64,000 bases of DNA from Octopus bimaculoides (taxonomy: Eukaryota), in assembly GCF_001194135.2 (NCBI RefSeq), contig NC_068984.1, forward strand, positions 37,689,607 to 37,753,606, in the 5' to 3' direction. Both the position numbers and the translations under genes were made by a program. Positions 62,303 to 64,000 of the stretch are shown here, piece by piece (position 1 is the first letter of the stretch; every line of letters begins with the position of its first letter). Under the pieces are notes generated by a model, which saw nothing but the letters and a program-made list of their open reading frames with translations, did not search any database and was not told the origin of the DNA.

Positions 62303-63129
62303 ACATTTTGGTTTTTTTTTTCTTTCTTTTTATTTTAATTTATCTTTCCTCACTATACTAAAGTTTCAAACTTGGTAAGCGTTCATTAAAGGGAGGTAAC
62401 TTTTATTGGCCAAAACCGGAAAAATTCATCACAACCTTTTTCAGCATGATATCCATCATGTGTATATGTTTGTGTTCCATATATGTATATACGCGCACAC
62501 TCATATATAGATACGTTTATAATCAGGAACCATTCTGAAGTTGAGCCTAGAATAAAATTGCATCATCTCGGATGATAAGTAAAAATCAACTTCTACAGAA
62601 ACATTCTTGTCTATTGTAGAGGTGATCTTCATGTGAAAAAAGCTCATAGATGCTTGATCTCGAAATCTGTACCAAGAGTCAGTGTATGCTGTGGAAAAAA
62701 AATTACAATGAATAATAATGTTTAATATTGTTCACAAACATTATATGTACACACTTAATTAACTTTTGATTATTCTAGCAAGTAACAAAAAGATATTTTG
62801 GTTGCCTGAACAAGCATATCAAAGTGAGAAACTCTTAGTAACAACAGAATGAATTGTCAGCTTTGAATAAATCTATAAATACATAGCATCATCACCATTG
62901 TTACCACAATTTTATGTCCAATTTCTCTGTTGGTATTAAGTGGACAAAGCTTCACATTCCAAGTCAGTTCTTGTTTGAAGGCACTGCCTTCTTAGACAAG
63001 CCAGAAGATCATATCTTACTTGTATATTTCATTTTTACCTTAGTTTTAACAGCCATTGTTCCTGCTAACACCTACCACATTGCAGAGTGTACTGCATGGC
63101 TCTCAAAGTCAGTCAACTTAAAAACCAAA

Positions 63130-63480
63130 GATTACAAGCACCGTCTCCTCTCTCACTCTCTCTCTCTCTGCCTTTGTTATTGATACGATAACATCCTCTG
63201 CACCTTGGAACTAGCTGGGCTCATGTCATCTCTATTCAAACACTTCTTATTTCTCCTCTTCTCACCATTTTTTTGAAACCAACTATCCCCACTTCTTCAA
63301 GCCATACATTCATCACTATACTTGGTCTTTTCTTCCCAGAACATCAGCCTGTGAAAATTTCTCCTTGCGCACAGATTTTGTCTTACAAACATTCAAGAGA
63401 AACATTAATGGCATCAGTCTCAACTGGTCTAGAATGGTCTGCAAAGGCCATTTGCACTGGCCCTTTCTCCAAACTCCAAA
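63130..63480 (+). mobile_element. 3' end of a CR1/Jockey-like LINE
   Basis: VSSL...LCLCY*YDNILCTLELAGLM...TDFVLQTFKRNINGISLN resembles the SLCLFYRYY..LCSSELA...FKRNIN C-terminus of such LINEs. Confidence 0.55.
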
Positions 63481-64000
63481 CAAAGTTAAGAAATGTTTGA
63501 AGAATCCTGCTAACTTCTCTTCTATCTGTTTTAAATATTGTATTGTATTTTTAAAATAAAGTGTTGATGCAAGCACAAATCTCATTTGAAAAATAGTCAA
63601 ACAGGAGCAAATGGTGCTTTTGTTTCAAAATATCATTTCTCTTTGCATCTAGATTTAGTTTCAAAATACATATGCCAATGATGGAGTCTCTACATGGTCA
63701 CTTAACCTACAAGAAATAGCAGTCAAATCACCCCCAAATTACATGCTACTATCAGGAAGAGGAGGATGTCACACTGGGAAATGTAGTCCTAGATATGCAA
63801 TTTCTGAGAAAGAATAAGATAGTCATGGGCCAGAATGTTTTTGGTCAAAGTCCTTCTCAGAACTCGCCTAGAGCTAAAGAACAAATATGTTTTGCATTCA
63901 ATCTTAGATTAGTGTGTGTGTGTGTACACACACACACACAAATTATTTAATTCCAAGAATTATTTTTCAGAATTAGCACAGTAGAAATGAAACTCACCTT

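Noticed and set aside
47311-62400. Exact 13-mer AAAGGGAGGTAAC in inverted orientation at 47311-47323 and 62388-62400, bracketing NIFK; the latter is followed by ATTGG and CCGGAA
   Set aside because: Many chance 13-mer matches are expected among all position pairs in 64 kb, and there is no other evidence for a promoter at 62.4 kb.

Overview
AT-rich, repeat-dense animal genomic DNA from a draft assembly with ten N gaps. The repeat families and microsatellite load suggest a coleoid cephalopod, probably an octopus (inference). One host gene is well supported: a spliced NIFK/MKI67IP (Nop15-like) RRM nucleolar-protein gene on the + strand, with exons at 47401-47511, 48669-48791, 49673-49781, 51513-51730 and 54455-54790 (298 aa). 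A second, diverged copy of its last exon lies about 7 kb downstream (61689-62153). It has a TACTAAC branch point, in-phase acceptors, an open frame, many synonymous changes and its own AATAAA, so it looks like a duplicated alternative last exon. The second highlight is a Penelope-like retroelement (about 24030-25110). Its terminal repeat combines a tRNA-like Pol III head with a minimal hammerhead-ribozyme motif, and a short tRNA-plus-hammerhead copy with a 5' fold-back lies next to it (25145-25400). Other notable structures are a 1.6 kb inverted duplication (27.5-32.2 kb), a mariner apparently split by a 6 kb inversion, a Chapaev3-like (RAG1-related) transposase relic, two TIR elements carrying TTAGGG repeats, and a CpG-depletion switch covering the gene body through the duplicated exon. 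The rest is tRNA-SINEs, mariner/Tc1/Tigger/piggyBac derivatives, LINE fragments and microsatellites. Most ORFs in the supplied track are artefacts of gaps and simple repeats. All alignments were done by eye, and no database searches were run.
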